Positions 29,175 through 40,179 of a stretch of 64,000 bases of DNA are shown in pieces. The DNA is taken from the NCBI GenBank assembly GCA_902518415.1, contig CABYGA010000003.1, positions 894-64,893 of the forward strand. Reading direction: 5' to 3'. The position numbers were made by a program, and so were the translations under genes. Source of the stretch: an uncultured Pelagibacteraceae bacterium (GTDB lineage Bacteria > Pseudomonadota > Alphaproteobacteria > Pelagibacterales > AG-422-B15). The stretch's first letter is position 1. The number at the start of each line of letters is the position of its first letter. The notes beneath the pieces were generated by a model. That model was not told the DNA's origin. It was given only the letters and a program-made list of their open reading frames with translations, and made no database searches.

Positions 29175-30509
29175 TTAAGAAAAATATTTTGTAACGTTTT
29201 CAGTTAATTCATCAATCTTACTCTGACTTTTACTCTCTATCATTACTCTCAAAAGTGGTTCAGTGCCAGACATTCTAACAACGATTCTACCTTCGCCTGC
29301 AACTTCTTCCTCACACTTTTTAATAAAATTCTTAGTTTCATCACTTTCCAAAATATTCTTAGTTTTAACTTCAAAATTAACTAGGTTTTGGGGATGTGGT
29401 ATAAATAAATTAAGAATTTCACTAGCTTGTTTTTCTTTTTGCATAATAATTGCAAGTACTTGTAGGGCAACAATGATTCCATCACCAGAGGACGTATAAT
29501 CCCTCATGATAATATGACCTGATTGCTCTCCACCTAAATTTAGACCTTCATGTATCATTTTTTCTTTAACATACCTATCACCAACATTTGCTCTAACTAA
29601 TTCAATGTTATTTTCATTGAGTAGGTTTTCTAACCCTATATTGGCCATTGATGTTCCAACGACTTTATTTTTTTGTAGTAAGTTTTTTTTGCTCAAATGT
29701 AATGCTAGCAACGCAAGTATTTGATCACCATTAATGACATTTCCTTTTTCATCAACTATTGCTAAACGGTCACCATCTCCATCTAATGCAATTCCTATAT
29801 CAGCATTATCTTCTAATACAGTTTTTGCCAATAAATCAGTATTAGTTGAACCGCACTTGTCATTGATATTTGTTCCGTTTGGTTGAGTTCCAATTTGAAT
29901 GACCTCTGCTCCTAACTCCCACAAAATTAGAGGAGCTGATATATATGAAGCACCATTGGCACAATCTACAACAATTTTTAATCCATCAAGGCGTTGGGTT
30001 TTTGGAAAAGTATTTTTTAAATATTCTATGTACCTGCCATTTGCATCTTCTAATCTTTGAGCTCTCCCTATATTTTCAGGATTAGCTAGTGACTCTTCAA
30101 GTTTACTTTCCATCAGGTTCTCTATCTCTAGTTCTGTCTCATCAGAGAGCTTGTTGCCAAGTCTATCGAATATTTTTAAACCGTTATCTTGATACTGATT
30201 ATGAGATGCAGTAATCATAATTCCAAGATCGGCTCGCATTGAATTTGTTAACATTGAGACTGCGGGAGTTGGAATCGGGCCAAATAAGAAAACATCCATA
30301 CCCATTGAAAGCAAACCAGATGTTAAAGCTTGTTCAATCATATAACCAGAAAGTCTGGTATCTTTCCCTATTACAACCTTATGCCTGTGGTCTCCTTTGG
30401 TAAAATATTTCCCTAGTGCCATTCCTAGATTTATTAGGGAAGGTCCATTTAATTTATAGCTATTAGAGCTTGCTCTAATTCCATCTGTTCCAAAATATTT
30501 CTTTTTCAT
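29175..30509 (-). CDS. glmM: phosphoglucosamine mutase
   Basis: 444 aa. It has YFGTDGIR, the phosphoserine loop ITASHNQYQDNG, ALDGDGDR and GGEQSGH. Confidence 0.9.
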   Translation of the reverse strand: MKKKYFGTDGIRASSNSYKLNGPSLINLGMALGKYFTKGDHRHKVVIGKDTRLSGYMIEQALTSGLLSMGMDVFLFGPIPTPAVSMLTNSMRADLGIMITASHNQYQDNGLKIFDRLGNKLSDETELEIENLMESKLEESLANPENIGRAQRLEDANGRYIEYLKNTFPKTQRLDGLKIVVDCANGASYISAPLILWELGAEVIQIGTQPNGTNINDKCGSTNTDLLAKTVLEDNADIGIALDGDGDRLAIVDEKGNVINGDQILALLALHLSKKNLLQKNKVVGTSMANIGLENLLNENNIELVRANVGDRYVKEKMIHEGLNLGGEQSGHIIMRDYTSSGDGIIVALQVLAIIMQKEKQASEILNLFIPHPQNLVNFEVKTKNILESDETKNFIKKCEEEVAGEGRIVVRMSGTEPLLRVMIESKSQSKIDELTENVTKYFS

Positions 30510-31561
30510 ATTAATTTCGAATAGACTTTTATTGCTTGATTCGTCTCATATACATCATGTACTCGGAATAACTGCACACCTTGCGACAAGCCGTATAAAA
30601 CAGAAGCTATCGATCCCCCTGTACGATCTTCATATAATTCATTTTTTTGTATCTTTCCAATAAAACTTTTTCTTGAACTGCCTAACATTACTGGTAAGCC
30701 AAGTGAATGAAGTAAACTAATCTTTTTAATAAGTGTCAAATTTTGTTTCAAAGTCTTACCAAAGCCAATGCCTGGATCGATTATAATTTTATTTTCAGAT
30801 ATGCCTTTTAATTTACATTTTATTATTTGATTTTCCAGAAAATCATAAACATCAAGAAGAACATCTTTATATTTAATTGAATTTTGCATTTTTGCAGGAC
30901 TAGAAATTGAATGCATTATGACAAAGGGAATTTTAGAATTACTTAAAAAATCTGTAACTTTACTATCATACCTTAATCCCGAGACATCATTTATAAAATC
31001 AATATTATACTTCATTACAGCTTTCATTACGGCAGATTTTCTTGTATCAACAGAAATTAAAGAACTTTTTGACTTACTTTTAATTAAATCAATAACCGGC
31101 ATTATTCTTTGAATCTCTTTTTGAGTTGGAACCGTTTTTGATCCGGGTCGTGTAGACTCTCCACCAATGTCAACTATGACTGCACCCTCTTTCTTCAACT
31201 TTTTATATTGGGCATACGCATTATCAATTGATAAAAATTTTCCTCCATCTGAAAAGCTATCTGGAGTAACATTTAAAATTCCCATTATTGAGGGTTTATT
31301 AAAATTTATATTTTTAATTTTCTTTCTAGTCCTTGTTATTTTTTTTAATTGAATTTTGATAGTCCTACTAATGTCACTAGGTAGTCTGGTTATCTCCTTT
31401 AAATGAAGATATTTTGACGATATATCTTTTCCATTTCTTGTAATTAATTCAATTTTATCAAAATAAAGTCTAGATGATCCAAGGCAAAGGGAGTCTTTAT
31501 TTTTACTTTTATTTAGTATTGGTCTGACGTAATACTTAACAAGTTTACGCTCAGCAGTCAT
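30506..31561 (-). CDS. folP: dihydropteroate synthase with an N-terminal extension of about 90 aa
   Basis: The pterin-binding core begins at IMGILNVTPDSFSDGG, followed by DIGGESTRPG, INDVSG and DPGIGFGK. The 90-aa N-terminal extension has no motif I recognise. Confidence 0.85.
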   Translation of the reverse strand: MTAERKLVKYYVRPILNKSKNKDSLCLGSSRLYFDKIELITRNGKDISSKYLHLKEITRLPSDISRTIKIQLKKITRTRKKIKNINFNKPSIMGILNVTPDSFSDGGKFLSIDNAYAQYKKLKKEGAVIVDIGGESTRPGSKTVPTQKEIQRIMPVIDLIKSKSKSSLISVDTRKSAVMKAVMKYNIDFINDVSGLRYDSKVTDFLSNSKIPFVIMHSISSPAKMQNSIKYKDVLLDVYDFLENQIIKCKLKGISENKIIIDPGIGFGKTLKQNLTLIKKISLLHSLGLPVMLGSSRKSFIGKIQKNELYEDRTGGSIASVLYGLSQGVQLFRVHDVYETNQAIKVYSKLI

Positions 31562-31573
31562 ATTTATTTCAAC

Positions 31574-33484
31574 TTAACTAGTCTGAGGTTTAGGCTTGAA
31601 TCCAGGAACAACAGTTGAAGGCTTCCCACTTTTAGGCACAGATGGACCAGCATTATTTATTTCTTCTTCTGGGTTTGGTCTATCAATTTTTCCATCTTTA
31701 AGAAGTGACAATATTTCATCTCCATTCAAAGTTTCGTATTCTATCAAGCCCTTGGCAAGAGCATGGAGATCGTTTATTTTCTCAGTTAGGATCTTTCTTG
31801 CAAGATCATAACACGTATCAACAATTATTCTAATTTCAGAATCGATTAACCTTGCAGTATCTTCTGATACATTTTGATGTTTTTGAACGGACCTACCTAG
31901 AAAAACTTCTTCTTCATTTTCACTGTACTGAAGCGGTCCTAATTTTTCACTCATTCCATATTTAGTGACCATGTTTCTTGCCATCTTAGTTGCCATTTCA
32001 ATATCAGAAGATGCGCCAGATGTTACCTTGTCATTCCCAAAGATTATTTCTTCAGCAACTCTTCCTCCCATGGCAACAGTAATATCAGCAAGCATTTTTT
32101 CTCTTGCCATTGATAACTGATCTCTTTCAGGCAATCTCATCACCATTCCTAAGGCTCTACCGCGTGGTATTATTGTTGCCTTGTGAATTGGATCAGATGC
32201 TGGTTGATTTATGGCAACAATAGCATGGCCACCTTCGTGGTAAGCTGTCAATTCTTTTTCATCCTGACTCATAACAAGAGATCTTCTCTCTGAACCCATC
32301 ATGACTTTATCTTTAGCTTCTTCAAAATCCACCATCGTTACAATCTTCTTATTTTTTCTTGCTGCGAGCAAAGCAGACTCATTGACAATGTTAGCAAGGT
32401 CGGCACCAGAGAATCCAGGAGTTCCTCTCGCTATTGTTCTAATATCTACATCAGGAGCAACTGATATTTTTTTTATATGAACTTTCAGAATTGCTTCCCT
32501 GCCCATAATATCTGGATTTGGAACCACTACCTGTCGATCAAACCTACCTGGTCTGAGTAAAGCAGGGTCTAGTACATCAGGTCTGTTTGTTGCTGCAACC
32601 AATATAATGCCTTCTTGGGTATCAAAGCCATCCATTTCAACGAGGATTTGGTTCAACGTTTGCTCTCTTTCATCATTGCCGCCACCAAGCCCTGCTCCAC
32701 GACTTCTTCCAACAGCATCAATCTCATCAATAAATATTATACACGGAGAATTTCTTCTTCCTTGCTCAAACATGTCTCGAACTCTTGAAGCGCCCACGCC
32801 AACAAACATTTCTACAAAGTCTGAACCTGAAATTGTAAAAAATGGAACTCCAGCTTCGCCTGCAACGGCTCTTGCTAAGAGCGTTTTTCCTGTTCCTGGA
32901 GGTCCGATTAGTAATGCACCTTTTGGAATTCTTCCACCAAGCTTTTGAAATTTTCTTGGGTCTTTAAGGAAGTCAACAATCTCAACAAGCTCTTCCTTTG
33001 CTTCGTCAATACCTGCTACATCATTAAAAGTTACTTTATTTTTATTCTCAGTTAAAAGTTTTGCTTTAGATCTACCAAAACCCATTGCTCCACCTCTACC
33101 ACCTTGCATTTGCCTCATAAAGAAAATCCATACGCCTATGAGCAATAGCATAGGGAACCATGAAATAAGTACTCCCAGCAGTGAAGGGTAACCATCGTCA
33201 AGAGGGGCAGCAGAAATATTTACACCTCTATCATTTAATCTGTCCACAAGCGTAGGGTCATTTGCCGCATAAGTCTTGAATGACCGGCCGTCATCAAATG
33301 CACCATTAATATTACTTCCTCTTATGACCACATCCTTGACTGATCCAGCCTCAACTTCATCAAGGAATTGAGAATATGTAAGGTCTATTATATTTCTTTC
33401 ACCGCTGGTGTTGCTAAATAGATTAAATAAACCAAAGACGATAAGGGCGATGAATACCCACAATGTAATGTTTCTGAAATTCAT
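31574..33484 (-). CDS. ftsH: ATP-dependent zinc metalloprotease FtsH
   Basis: 636 aa with two N-terminal TM helices, Walker A GPPGTGKT, the SRH region and the zinc motif HEGGHA. Confidence 0.95.
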   Translation of the reverse strand: MNFRNITLWVFIALIVFGLFNLFSNTSGERNIIDLTYSQFLDEVEAGSVKDVVIRGSNINGAFDDGRSFKTYAANDPTLVDRLNDRGVNISAAPLDDGYPSLLGVLISWFPMLLLIGVWIFFMRQMQGGRGGAMGFGRSKAKLLTENKNKVTFNDVAGIDEAKEELVEIVDFLKDPRKFQKLGGRIPKGALLIGPPGTGKTLLARAVAGEAGVPFFTISGSDFVEMFVGVGASRVRDMFEQGRRNSPCIIFIDEIDAVGRSRGAGLGGGNDEREQTLNQILVEMDGFDTQEGIILVAATNRPDVLDPALLRPGRFDRQVVVPNPDIMGREAILKVHIKKISVAPDVDIRTIARGTPGFSGADLANIVNESALLAARKNKKIVTMVDFEEAKDKVMMGSERRSLVMSQDEKELTAYHEGGHAIVAINQPASDPIHKATIIPRGRALGMVMRLPERDQLSMAREKMLADITVAMGGRVAEEIIFGNDKVTSGASSDIEMATKMARNMVTKYGMSEKLGPLQYSENEEEVFLGRSVQKHQNVSEDTARLIDSEIRIIVDTCYDLARKILTEKINDLHALAKGLIEYETLNGDEILSLLKDGKIDRPNPEEEINNAGPSVPKSGKPSTVVPGFKPKPQTS

Positions 33485-33581
33485 TTTTTTAAATTTGTTA
33501 TAGATATTAAATAATTACTATTTTACGTCATGCAAGAAAAGAAAGGTATAAATTTTAACAATATTTTTCAATTGTTTAACA

Positions 33582-34673
33582 CTAATAATGCTCTATTAAT
33601 TTTGGCCAATCCTTATTTTCAACAATAACTCTAAAATTTTGTCCTAAAAATCGACTTCTTCTTTTCTCTTTTGATATTAAAATTTCATTGCTTTTAGCAA
33701 CAAATATGCACCCATTTAGAGTGTAACTTCTAAAATCCCCGGTATTGATTTTATCAATAAGGCTTTGCAGTGACTTCGATCTGGGTATTTTGTCCTTGTT
33801 GCCTACAAGGCGACATAATTTATTGATAATACGGTATTGTATCTCAACTGGTGCCTTTTTGAATATTTTAGTCTTTAACTTTAAAGTACTACTTCCTCCA
33901 AGTGATACACTTTTTTTTAAATAATTATTAACTGATACAATGATTGCTTCGTCTGCTTTTTTTAAATTTTGTATAACTTCTAAAATTCTTTTCTTGTCTA
34001 ACCCCTCATTAATTAGGTTTTCAGCAATACCTCTGATACGAGATCTGTCATACTTCATATTTTGATTAGTATTATCATAAAGATAAGATTGCTTTATTGT
34101 TGCTAGGTACTTAATCAGACATTTTTTTGAATATTTCAATAAAGGTCTAATAATATTAATCTCACCTCCTTTATGTTTAGAAACAGGCTTTAAAGATGAT
34201 AAACCTTTTATTCCACTCCCTCTAATTAACCTCATCAAAAATGTTTCAATTTCGTCATCTAGATGATGAGCAGTTAATAAATATTTAAATTTATTTTTTT
34301 TACAAACGTCTGTTAATAATTCATATCGATATTTTCTAGCTGTTGAAAGTGTATTAGAACTGCTTATTTTTTTTTTAACTTTTTTTGTTACAAAGCTTAC
34401 TTTTTCTTTTTTCATGAGCTTCTTTATCCATTCAATTTCTTTAGATGAATCCTTACGTAAGTTATGATCGATTGAAACAGCTGTAAATTTTAAATTATTT
34501 TTCTTAGCAAAACTTTTAGCTAGATATAACAGTGCTAGACTATCCGGCCCACCAGAAAGAGCGACGATAAATTTTGAATTTACACCAAGAAGTTTGAGTT
34601 GTTTTTCAAAATCTGCATCTGTGATCTTCTCTATATTTTTATAATTGATTGGCTTAACTAATTTCACAGCCAT
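33582..34673 (-). CDS. tilS: tRNA(Ile)-lysidine synthase
   Basis: 363 aa with PP-loop ALSGGPDS and TAHHLDDEIETFLMRL. It sits in the alphaproteobacterial synteny cpoB-tilS-ftsH. Confidence 0.85.
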   Translation of the reverse strand: MAVKLVKPINYKNIEKITDADFEKQLKLLGVNSKFIVALSGGPDSLALLYLAKSFAKKNNLKFTAVSIDHNLRKDSSKEIEWIKKLMKKEKVSFVTKKVKKKISSSNTLSTARKYRYELLTDVCKKNKFKYLLTAHHLDDEIETFLMRLIRGSGIKGLSSLKPVSKHKGGEINIIRPLLKYSKKCLIKYLATIKQSYLYDNTNQNMKYDRSRIRGIAENLINEGLDKKRILEVIQNLKKADEAIIVSVNNYLKKSVSLGGSSTLKLKTKIFKKAPVEIQYRIINKLCRLVGNKDKIPRSKSLQSLIDKINTGDFRSYTLNGCIFVAKSNEILISKEKRRSRFLGQNFRVIVENKDWPKLIEHY

Positions 34674-35691
34674 TTCTTTTTAATTCTAGGTTACTTCTAT
34701 CAATGATTGAGGGATTAGCTTCAGGGTATGACTCTTGCAGTTGTATAAATGTCATGCATCCCTGTTCCTTTTGTTGCATGTTCACTAATGAAATTCCGAG
34801 CTTCAATAGCGCATCGGGTGCTTTATTTGCATTTGGAAAAGTTTGATACAGACTCAAATAATTCTTAGCAGCATCTTTATAATTTTCTCTGACATAATAA
34901 GTCTCAGCTAGCCAAAAATGAGAATTACTTAAATAATTTTTATCATCTCCAATAGAAATAAATTCTGTAAACGCCTTTTCTGCTGTTTCATAGTCACCTT
35001 GTTTAAGTAAATTAATAGCATATTCATACTGACTTTCTTCATCACTTTCTGGCAATATTGATAAAGGTATTTTTTGTTCACCAAGGGATACAATATTATC
35101 TTGAGATATTGTATTGATAATTTGTTGCTCCTCTGCATCATTATCAATCTTTACTTCAAAAGGTGAATTTTCTTCTATAGGTAAACTCGTCATATTTATA
35201 GTTCCAAGTGATTTCGGCTCTAGATCTAACTCCTCTTCATTAGCAGTAAACATTTCACTTTGCATAACACTTAAAGTCTGAGTTTTAGAGTTGTTTTGAA
35301 CTTTTTCTATATTCTCAGCTTTAGTATTCAAATTAGTAAATCTAAATTCTGCATCTTCTTTAAATGTATTAAAGTTGTTGACCGTAGATTGCATTGTAAA
35401 AATCATTTCTTCAATTTGAGCTGTTAAAGATTGAATTTCATTCTGAAGCTCAGCTATCTGGATTGATTGTTTTGCAATAATTGATTGATAATCATCAAGG
35501 CTTAAATTATTTGCTTGGCCAGAAGTTGTATTGTTAAAAGTTGCTTTTTCAAGAACCTTTATTCTACTTTCGATAGTTTCTAACTTTTCAAGAAGTTTAT
35601 TTAATGGAATTTCTTCAGCATAGAGAATCGTATTAAATGTTGAAAAGACTACCAAGGCAGTAAAACAGTAAACATACAGCTTATTGATCAT
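34654..35691 (-). CDS. cpoB: Tol-Pal system protein CpoB/YbgF
   Basis: 345 aa with a signal sequence, a coiled-coil N-region and C-terminal TPR repeats (YEYAINLLKQGDYETAEKAF.., HFWLAETYY, APDALLKLG). It lies downstream of pal. Confidence 0.75.
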   Translation of the reverse strand: MINKLYVYCFTALVVFSTFNTILYAEEIPLNKLLEKLETIESRIKVLEKATFNNTTSGQANNLSLDDYQSIIAKQSIQIAELQNEIQSLTAQIEEMIFTMQSTVNNFNTFKEDAEFRFTNLNTKAENIEKVQNNSKTQTLSVMQSEMFTANEEELDLEPKSLGTINMTSLPIEENSPFEVKIDNDAEEQQIINTISQDNIVSLGEQKIPLSILPESDEESQYEYAINLLKQGDYETAEKAFTEFISIGDDKNYLSNSHFWLAETYYVRENYKDAAKNYLSLYQTFPNANKAPDALLKLGISLVNMQQKEQGCMTFIQLQESYPEANPSIIDRSNLELKRNGCEIS

Positions 35692-35764
35692 AAAAATAAA
35701 TATTTTTTTATAAGCCTAGACTTATCTTTTGTCTAAATAAAGGCGTGAATAATTAAATATCTAT

Positions 35765-36313
35765 TTAATTCGTTCTTACAGTTACTGATCTTCTATTTTG
35801 TGCCCAGGCCTTTTTATTTGAGCCACTGTTAACAGGTCTTTCCTTACCAAAACTGATAGTGGTAACTCTGCTTGAACTTATGCCTTGTGTCATCAAATAA
35901 TCTTTAGCTGCGTTAGCTCTTCGATCTCCGAGTGCTAAGTTATATTCCCTAGTTCCTCTTTCATCAGCATGGCCTTCAATCGCAATTGTAGCTGATCCAT
36001 TCGCTTTTAACCATTTAGCTTGTTTTTCTAATGTATCTTGAGCTGCTTTAGTAAGTGAATAGCTGTCGTAAGCAAAAAATATTCTATCAGGAACATCAAC
36101 TGCTAGCATTTCAATAGTGTCTGAACCAACATAAACACCATCTTGTATCTCTATCGCTGCTGTTGATGAAGAAGTTGATGAAGTTGAAGTTGCAGAGTCA
36201 TTTGGCACAGTTTCACATGCTGCCAAAAACAAAGCAAATAATACAATTACCAAATATCTGGTATAATTCTGAAAGGTTGAAACCATTTTAATAAACTCCC
36301 GTAATATTTTCAA
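35765..36313 (-). CDS. pal: peptidoglycan-associated lipoprotein Pal (OmpA family)
   Basis: Lipobox FLAAC and OmpA-like C-domain GHADERGTREYNLALGDRRA. The true start may be the internal Met at 36286. Confidence 0.9.
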   Translation of the reverse strand: MKILREFIKMVSTFQNYTRYLVIVLFALFLAACETVPNDSATSTSSTSSSTAAIEIQDGVYVGSDTIEMLAVDVPDRIFFAYDSYSLTKAAQDTLEKQAKWLKANGSATIAIEGHADERGTREYNLALGDRRANAAKDYLMTQGISSSRVTTISFGKERPVNSGSNKKAWAQNRRSVTVRTN

Positions 36314-36408
36314 AGCCGTTAGTACTCTATTAATTTAACTTACACAAGTCTAGGATAAAGTTATTGCATATGCTTTAAAATATGTCTAATTTCAAGGATA
36401 AATTCGAC

Positions 36409-37731
36409 TTATTGTATTAATTTTGACCAAGATGGGTCAGATGCATCAACCGGCGTAATAAGTTTTCTCTCATTAAACCCAGTCAGATCAATAGACCATA
36501 TAGATGAGGAGTGGCCATCTCCCGCGTTATTTGCTTTTGTTTCACGATAAAATATCAATACCCTTCCATTCGATGACCATGATGGTGCTTCTTGATACCA
36601 ATTTTCTGTTAGTAGTCTCTCACCACTTCCATCAGTTCTCATGACGCCAATAAAATATTGGCCCTGATAAAACTTTGTAAAAGCAATAAGATCGCCTCTT
36701 GGGGACCAAACAGGAGTTGCGTAATTACCTCCTTGTTTTGAAATTCTTTTTTGATTTCGCCCATTGCTGTCCATTACATAAATTTGCTGGGACCCTCCTC
36801 TATCAGAATTGAATGTTATTTTCTTACCGTCAGGAGAATAGCTTGGAGATGTATCGATTGCTGGACTGTCAGTTAATCGTTCAACAACACGATTTGTTAA
36901 ATCCATGACGTACAAGTCAGAGTTGCCCTCTCTCGCTAAGCTCATAATAATTTTTCCTCCATCTGGAGAAAATCTAGGTGCAAAAGTCATACCTGGGAAA
37001 TCGCCAACAACTTCTTGTATTCCTGTTTGAATATTTAATAAATAAACTCTAGGCAAATTTTTAAAATATGAGAGATATGTAATCTCTTGCCTCACAGGGT
37101 TAAATCTTGGTGTTAAGACTAGTTCTTTTCCGCTTGTTAAAAACTTATGGTTAGCTCCATCTTGGTCCATGATTGCTAGTTTTTTTATTCTTTTATTTTT
37201 TGGACCCTCTTCAGCAACATAAACTATCCTTGTATCAAAGTAACCTTCCTCACCTGTAAGTCTCTCATATATTTTGTCTGCAATCATGTGACTAATTCTT
37301 CTCCAATTATCAATTGTTGTAATAAGAACTAATCCCTCTATTTCTTTTTCCGCAAATGTATCCCATAAACGAAATTCTACTCTTAACCTATCGTCTTCAA
37401 TGGCAAGTTCACCTGTAAGCAAACCTTGGGCTTTTATTAATCTCCAATCTGCGAATCTAGGTTTTAAATGCATAGCGCGATTATTTTGGATGAATGCCTT
37501 ATCGTCAATTGATGAAAACAAACCACTTCTTTCAAGGTCATCTGAAATTACAGTTCTAATATTTTCTGTTATTTTCTTGTCTATTATTTCTTGGTTATTG
37601 TCATGAAAGAACTCACTGATTGCAAGTGGAAGAGGTTCTCGATTACCTTCAGTAATATCGATTTCAATTATTGCAAATGAAATATTAGTGAATAATATTA
37701 AGGGAAATAAATATACCAATAATTTTTTCAT
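36409..37731 (-). CDS. tolB: Tol-Pal system beta-propeller protein TolB
   Basis: 440 aa with a signal peptide and repeated PxFSPDG/SPDGKK beta-propeller blades. It lies between tolA and pal. Confidence 0.9.
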   Translation of the reverse strand: MKKLLVYLFPLILFTNISFAIIEIDITEGNREPLPLAISEFFHDNNQEIIDKKITENIRTVISDDLERSGLFSSIDDKAFIQNNRAMHLKPRFADWRLIKAQGLLTGELAIEDDRLRVEFRLWDTFAEKEIEGLVLITTIDNWRRISHMIADKIYERLTGEEGYFDTRIVYVAEEGPKNKRIKKLAIMDQDGANHKFLTSGKELVLTPRFNPVRQEITYLSYFKNLPRVYLLNIQTGIQEVVGDFPGMTFAPRFSPDGGKIIMSLAREGNSDLYVMDLTNRVVERLTDSPAIDTSPSYSPDGKKITFNSDRGGSQQIYVMDSNGRNQKRISKQGGNYATPVWSPRGDLIAFTKFYQGQYFIGVMRTDGSGERLLTENWYQEAPSWSSNGRVLIFYRETKANNAGDGHSSSIWSIDLTGFNERKLITPVDASDPSWSKLIQ

Positions 37732-37733
37732 AT

Positions 37734-38546
37734 TTAACCTCTTAGTATCTCTCTAGGATCAAAATTCAACTGTAAATTTTTCCAATTATCATAACGCTCA
37801 GCTTCTGGTGCCTTTATAGGGTCACATCTTCTTACTGCTCTAAGAGCACTCTCTGCGAGCGTTCTAAAATATTTCTCGCCTGGCTTATTCATCCGTTCAT
37901 GCTGGACAACTTCTGGTGGTTTTAATAGCGACCCATCTGTATTTAAAAATATTTTAATTTTTACTATCATTGTTTCATCATAGGGAATTCCGAGTGGAAT
38001 GCTCCAACATTGCATAAATTGTGCTCTGATTGCGTCCTCCTCACTTAAAGTCAGTCGCTTATCGAGACTTGGTGTTGAATCAAGGGCTTCATAATCCTTT
38101 TCAACGATATCTTCTGGATTTGTTTGTTTTGTATCTTTTTGCTTATCAATTAACTCAGCTAGTTTGAGAGGATCAAATTTATCTTTCTTTTTTATCTCTG
38201 GCTTTCTGACTGGCATATTTTGTATCATTTTTTCTTCAATTTTTTTATTTTCAATTTTCTCTTCTGTGGACGGATCTTTTACTTTTTCATTTGATTTTTC
38301 TTCTTTTGGTTTTTGAATTGGTTGATTTATTTTTTGTTCTTCTTTTTTATTTTCTTTTTCTGGTTTTTTATCCTCTTTCTTTTTACTAATCTGAGGTACG
38401 TTTGTTTTTTCTGCTATTTCGATCAGTTCAACTTGAATAACAGGTGGCATTTCAAGTTCATCATTATCAAATAAAGGGAGTGAGACTATTGTAAAAAAAA
38501 GGATGAACAAGTGAAGAGATACTGATCCTACAACTGAAATTCTCAT
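37734..38546 (-). CDS. tolA: TolA-like cell envelope integrity protein
   Basis: 270 aa with an N-terminal TM anchor, a long Lys/Glu/Pro-rich linker, and a C-terminal domain ([10 protein letters not shown]...RAVRRCDP) like alphaproteobacterial TolA. Its position is tolR-tolA-tolB. Confidence 0.75.
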   Translation of the reverse strand: MRISVVGSVSLHLFILFFTIVSLPLFDNDELEMPPVIQVELIEIAEKTNVPQISKKKEDKKPEKENKKEEQKINQPIQKPKEEKSNEKVKDPSTEEKIENKKIEEKMIQNMPVRKPEIKKKDKFDPLKLAELIDKQKDTKQTNPEDIVEKDYEALDSTPSLDKRLTLSEEDAIRAQFMQCWSIPLGIPYDETMIVKIKIFLNTDGSLLKPPEVVQHERMNKPGEKYFRTLAESALRAVRRCDPIKAPEAERYDNWKNLQLNFDPREILRG

Positions 38547-38562
38547 ATTTAAGTCCCATTAA

Positions 38563-38967
38563 TTAATTGCTTACGGGTTTTGTAATTAAAGAAACTTTTG
38601 AAAAGCCTGATCCAGATAACTCCCCAAGTACTCTCATTACTTTTCCGTAGTCAATTGCCTCATCTCCTCTGACGTATATCTTTGTATCTAATCTATTATC
38701 AGTTATTGCTTTTATTTTAGGAATTAATTCACCCAGTGCTATTTCTGTTTCTTGAATATAGATTGTACCGATTTCATTGATTGTTACTTCCATTGGCTCA
38801 TCATCAGATTGCAGAGAGTCAGCATTGCTTTCAGGAAGATCTACTTGTACGCCAACTGTTAATAATGGAGCAGTAACCATAAAAATTATAAGCAGAACCA
38901 ACATTACGTCAACAAAAGGTGTAACATTTATATCGCTAAAGGGTTTTGAACGAGTATTTCTAATCAC
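38563..38967 (-). CDS. tolR: Tol-Pal system protein TolR (ExbD/TolR family)
   Basis: 134 aa. The N-terminus INVTPFVDVMLVLLIIFMV is typical of ExbD/TolR. Confidence 0.85.
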   Translation of the reverse strand: MIRNTRSKPFSDINVTPFVDVMLVLLIIFMVTAPLLTVGVQVDLPESNADSLQSDDEPMEVTINEIGTIYIQETEIALGELIPKIKAITDNRLDTKIYVRGDEAIDYGKVMRVLGELSGSGFSKVSLITKPVSN

Positions 38968-38983
38968 TTAATAAATTTCATGT

Positions 38984-39688
38984 TTATTTTGCACTAAGTC
39001 CTCTTGAGAAAATGACATTAAAGTGCTCTTTAAATCGATACATTCGGGCATTCTCGTCATTCACTTGGCTTGTGAAAATATTATAGGCTATTACAGCTGG
39101 TATGGCTGCCAGAAGTCCTAGAGCTGTAGCAAAGAGAGCTTCAGCAATTCCTGGTGCCACTACTGCTAAGGATGTATTTCTTGATATTGCAATTGACTGA
39201 AAAGAATTCATTATCCCCCAAACCGTCCCAAATAAACCGATAAAAGGTGTTGTTGCACCGATAGTTGCGAGATAGCTAAAGTATAGTGAGAGCTTTTCAT
39301 TTTGATAATCAATTGCGGCTTCCATAATTCGATTAATTCTATCAGTAATGCTGTCGATATTTTTTTTAGTATCTTTATTAGATTTTTCAATTTCATCTAC
39401 TGCCTCAAGAAAAACATACTTTATAGGACTCTCTGAAAGATGGTGGGTGGTTGATGCAATTTCTTTGATGGAACGTCCTGACCAAAATTCTTCTTCAAAC
39501 TGTTTGCTGATTTTTTTTAGAGACCTAAAAAGTCGTATTTTGTGAATAATTATTGTCCATGAGAATATTGATGCAGCAAATAATATTAGAATTACTAATT
39601 TCACTACTAAGTCAGCCCTAAAGAATAGAGACATTAAGGTGAACTCATCGTTTATTTGACTTGTACTAATCAGAGCTTCGTTTTCCAT
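38984..39688 (-). CDS. tolQ: Tol-Pal system protein TolQ (MotA/TolQ/ExbB family)
   Basis: 234 aa with three TM helices and the conserved [13 protein letters not shown] and [15 protein letters not shown] segments. Confidence 0.9.
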   Translation of the reverse strand: MENEALISTSQINDEFTLMSLFFRADLVVKLVILILFAASIFSWTIIIHKIRLFRSLKKISKQFEEEFWSGRSIKEIASTTHHLSESPIKYVFLEAVDEIEKSNKDTKKNIDSITDRINRIMEAAIDYQNEKLSLYFSYLATIGATTPFIGLFGTVWGIMNSFQSIAISRNTSLAVVAPGIAEALFATALGLLAAIPAVIAYNIFTSQVNDENARMYRFKEHFNVIFSRGLSAK

Positions 39689-39727
39689 AATATTATTTTA
39701 AAACTAAAAATTGTCTTAAATAGGGCA

Positions 39728-40111
39728 TCATGTGTCAGTCTTCTTGCTTTCAAGTAAGATTTTATATAGCTCCATAAAGTCATCTAACCTTAAAACGCAC
39801 AATGAATTACCAGTTGTTTCCCTATTTCTTCTTGTAATTACCACGGGAAATGAATCTGAATTAGATGTTTCAATATTTTCTTCTACTTGCTTAATTGACT
39901 CATGGATTTTAAATTTTTCAGTTCTCTTTGCCTCGACGTAAATATGGGGAGTATTTTTTAAATCACTTCCACCTGACGATTTTATTGCCCCACCACCAGA
40001 CAGAGGCATCCGCTGCACAAGATCATCTCCACCAAAAACTTTTTCATTAAAATATTTGGCTAACTCTCTTTCATATCCATCACCTTTTCTTTTTGGAGAG
40101 CTGCCTGACAT
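39728..40111 (-). CDS. PD-(D/E)XK nuclease-fold protein, Hjc-like Holliday junction resolvase candidate
   Basis: 127 aa. RKGDGYERELAKYF...QRMPLSGGG...GSDL...IYVEAKRT follows the archaeal Hjc pattern KG..ERe....R.p.SG....D....iEvK, as I recall it. Confidence 0.5.
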   Translation of the reverse strand: MSGSSPKRKGDGYERELAKYFNEKVFGGDDLVQRMPLSGGGAIKSSGGSDLKNTPHIYVEAKRTEKFKIHESIKQVEENIETSNSDSFPVVITRRNRETTGNSLCVLRLDDFMELYKILLESKKTDT

Positions 40112-40179
40112 AAAAACGAATCAAAATTATCAATTCATTAAAGACTAATTAATATATTTAGATTTTAAAAGTTAATTAA

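Noticed and set aside
31292-31561. N-terminal 90-aa extension of FolP as a fused extra enzyme domain (for example FolB or FolK)
   Set aside because: It is too short and shows no FolB or FolK motifs. I recall that N-terminally extended FolP proteins are common in alphaproteobacteria, so it is probably lineage-typical rather than novel.
37900-38420. Repetitive Lys/Glu/Pro-rich stretch that looks like a tandem repeat at DNA level
   Set aside because: It is the low-complexity linker of TolA (an imperfect AAA/GAA-rich coding repeat). It is not a non-coding repeat or a CRISPR-like array.
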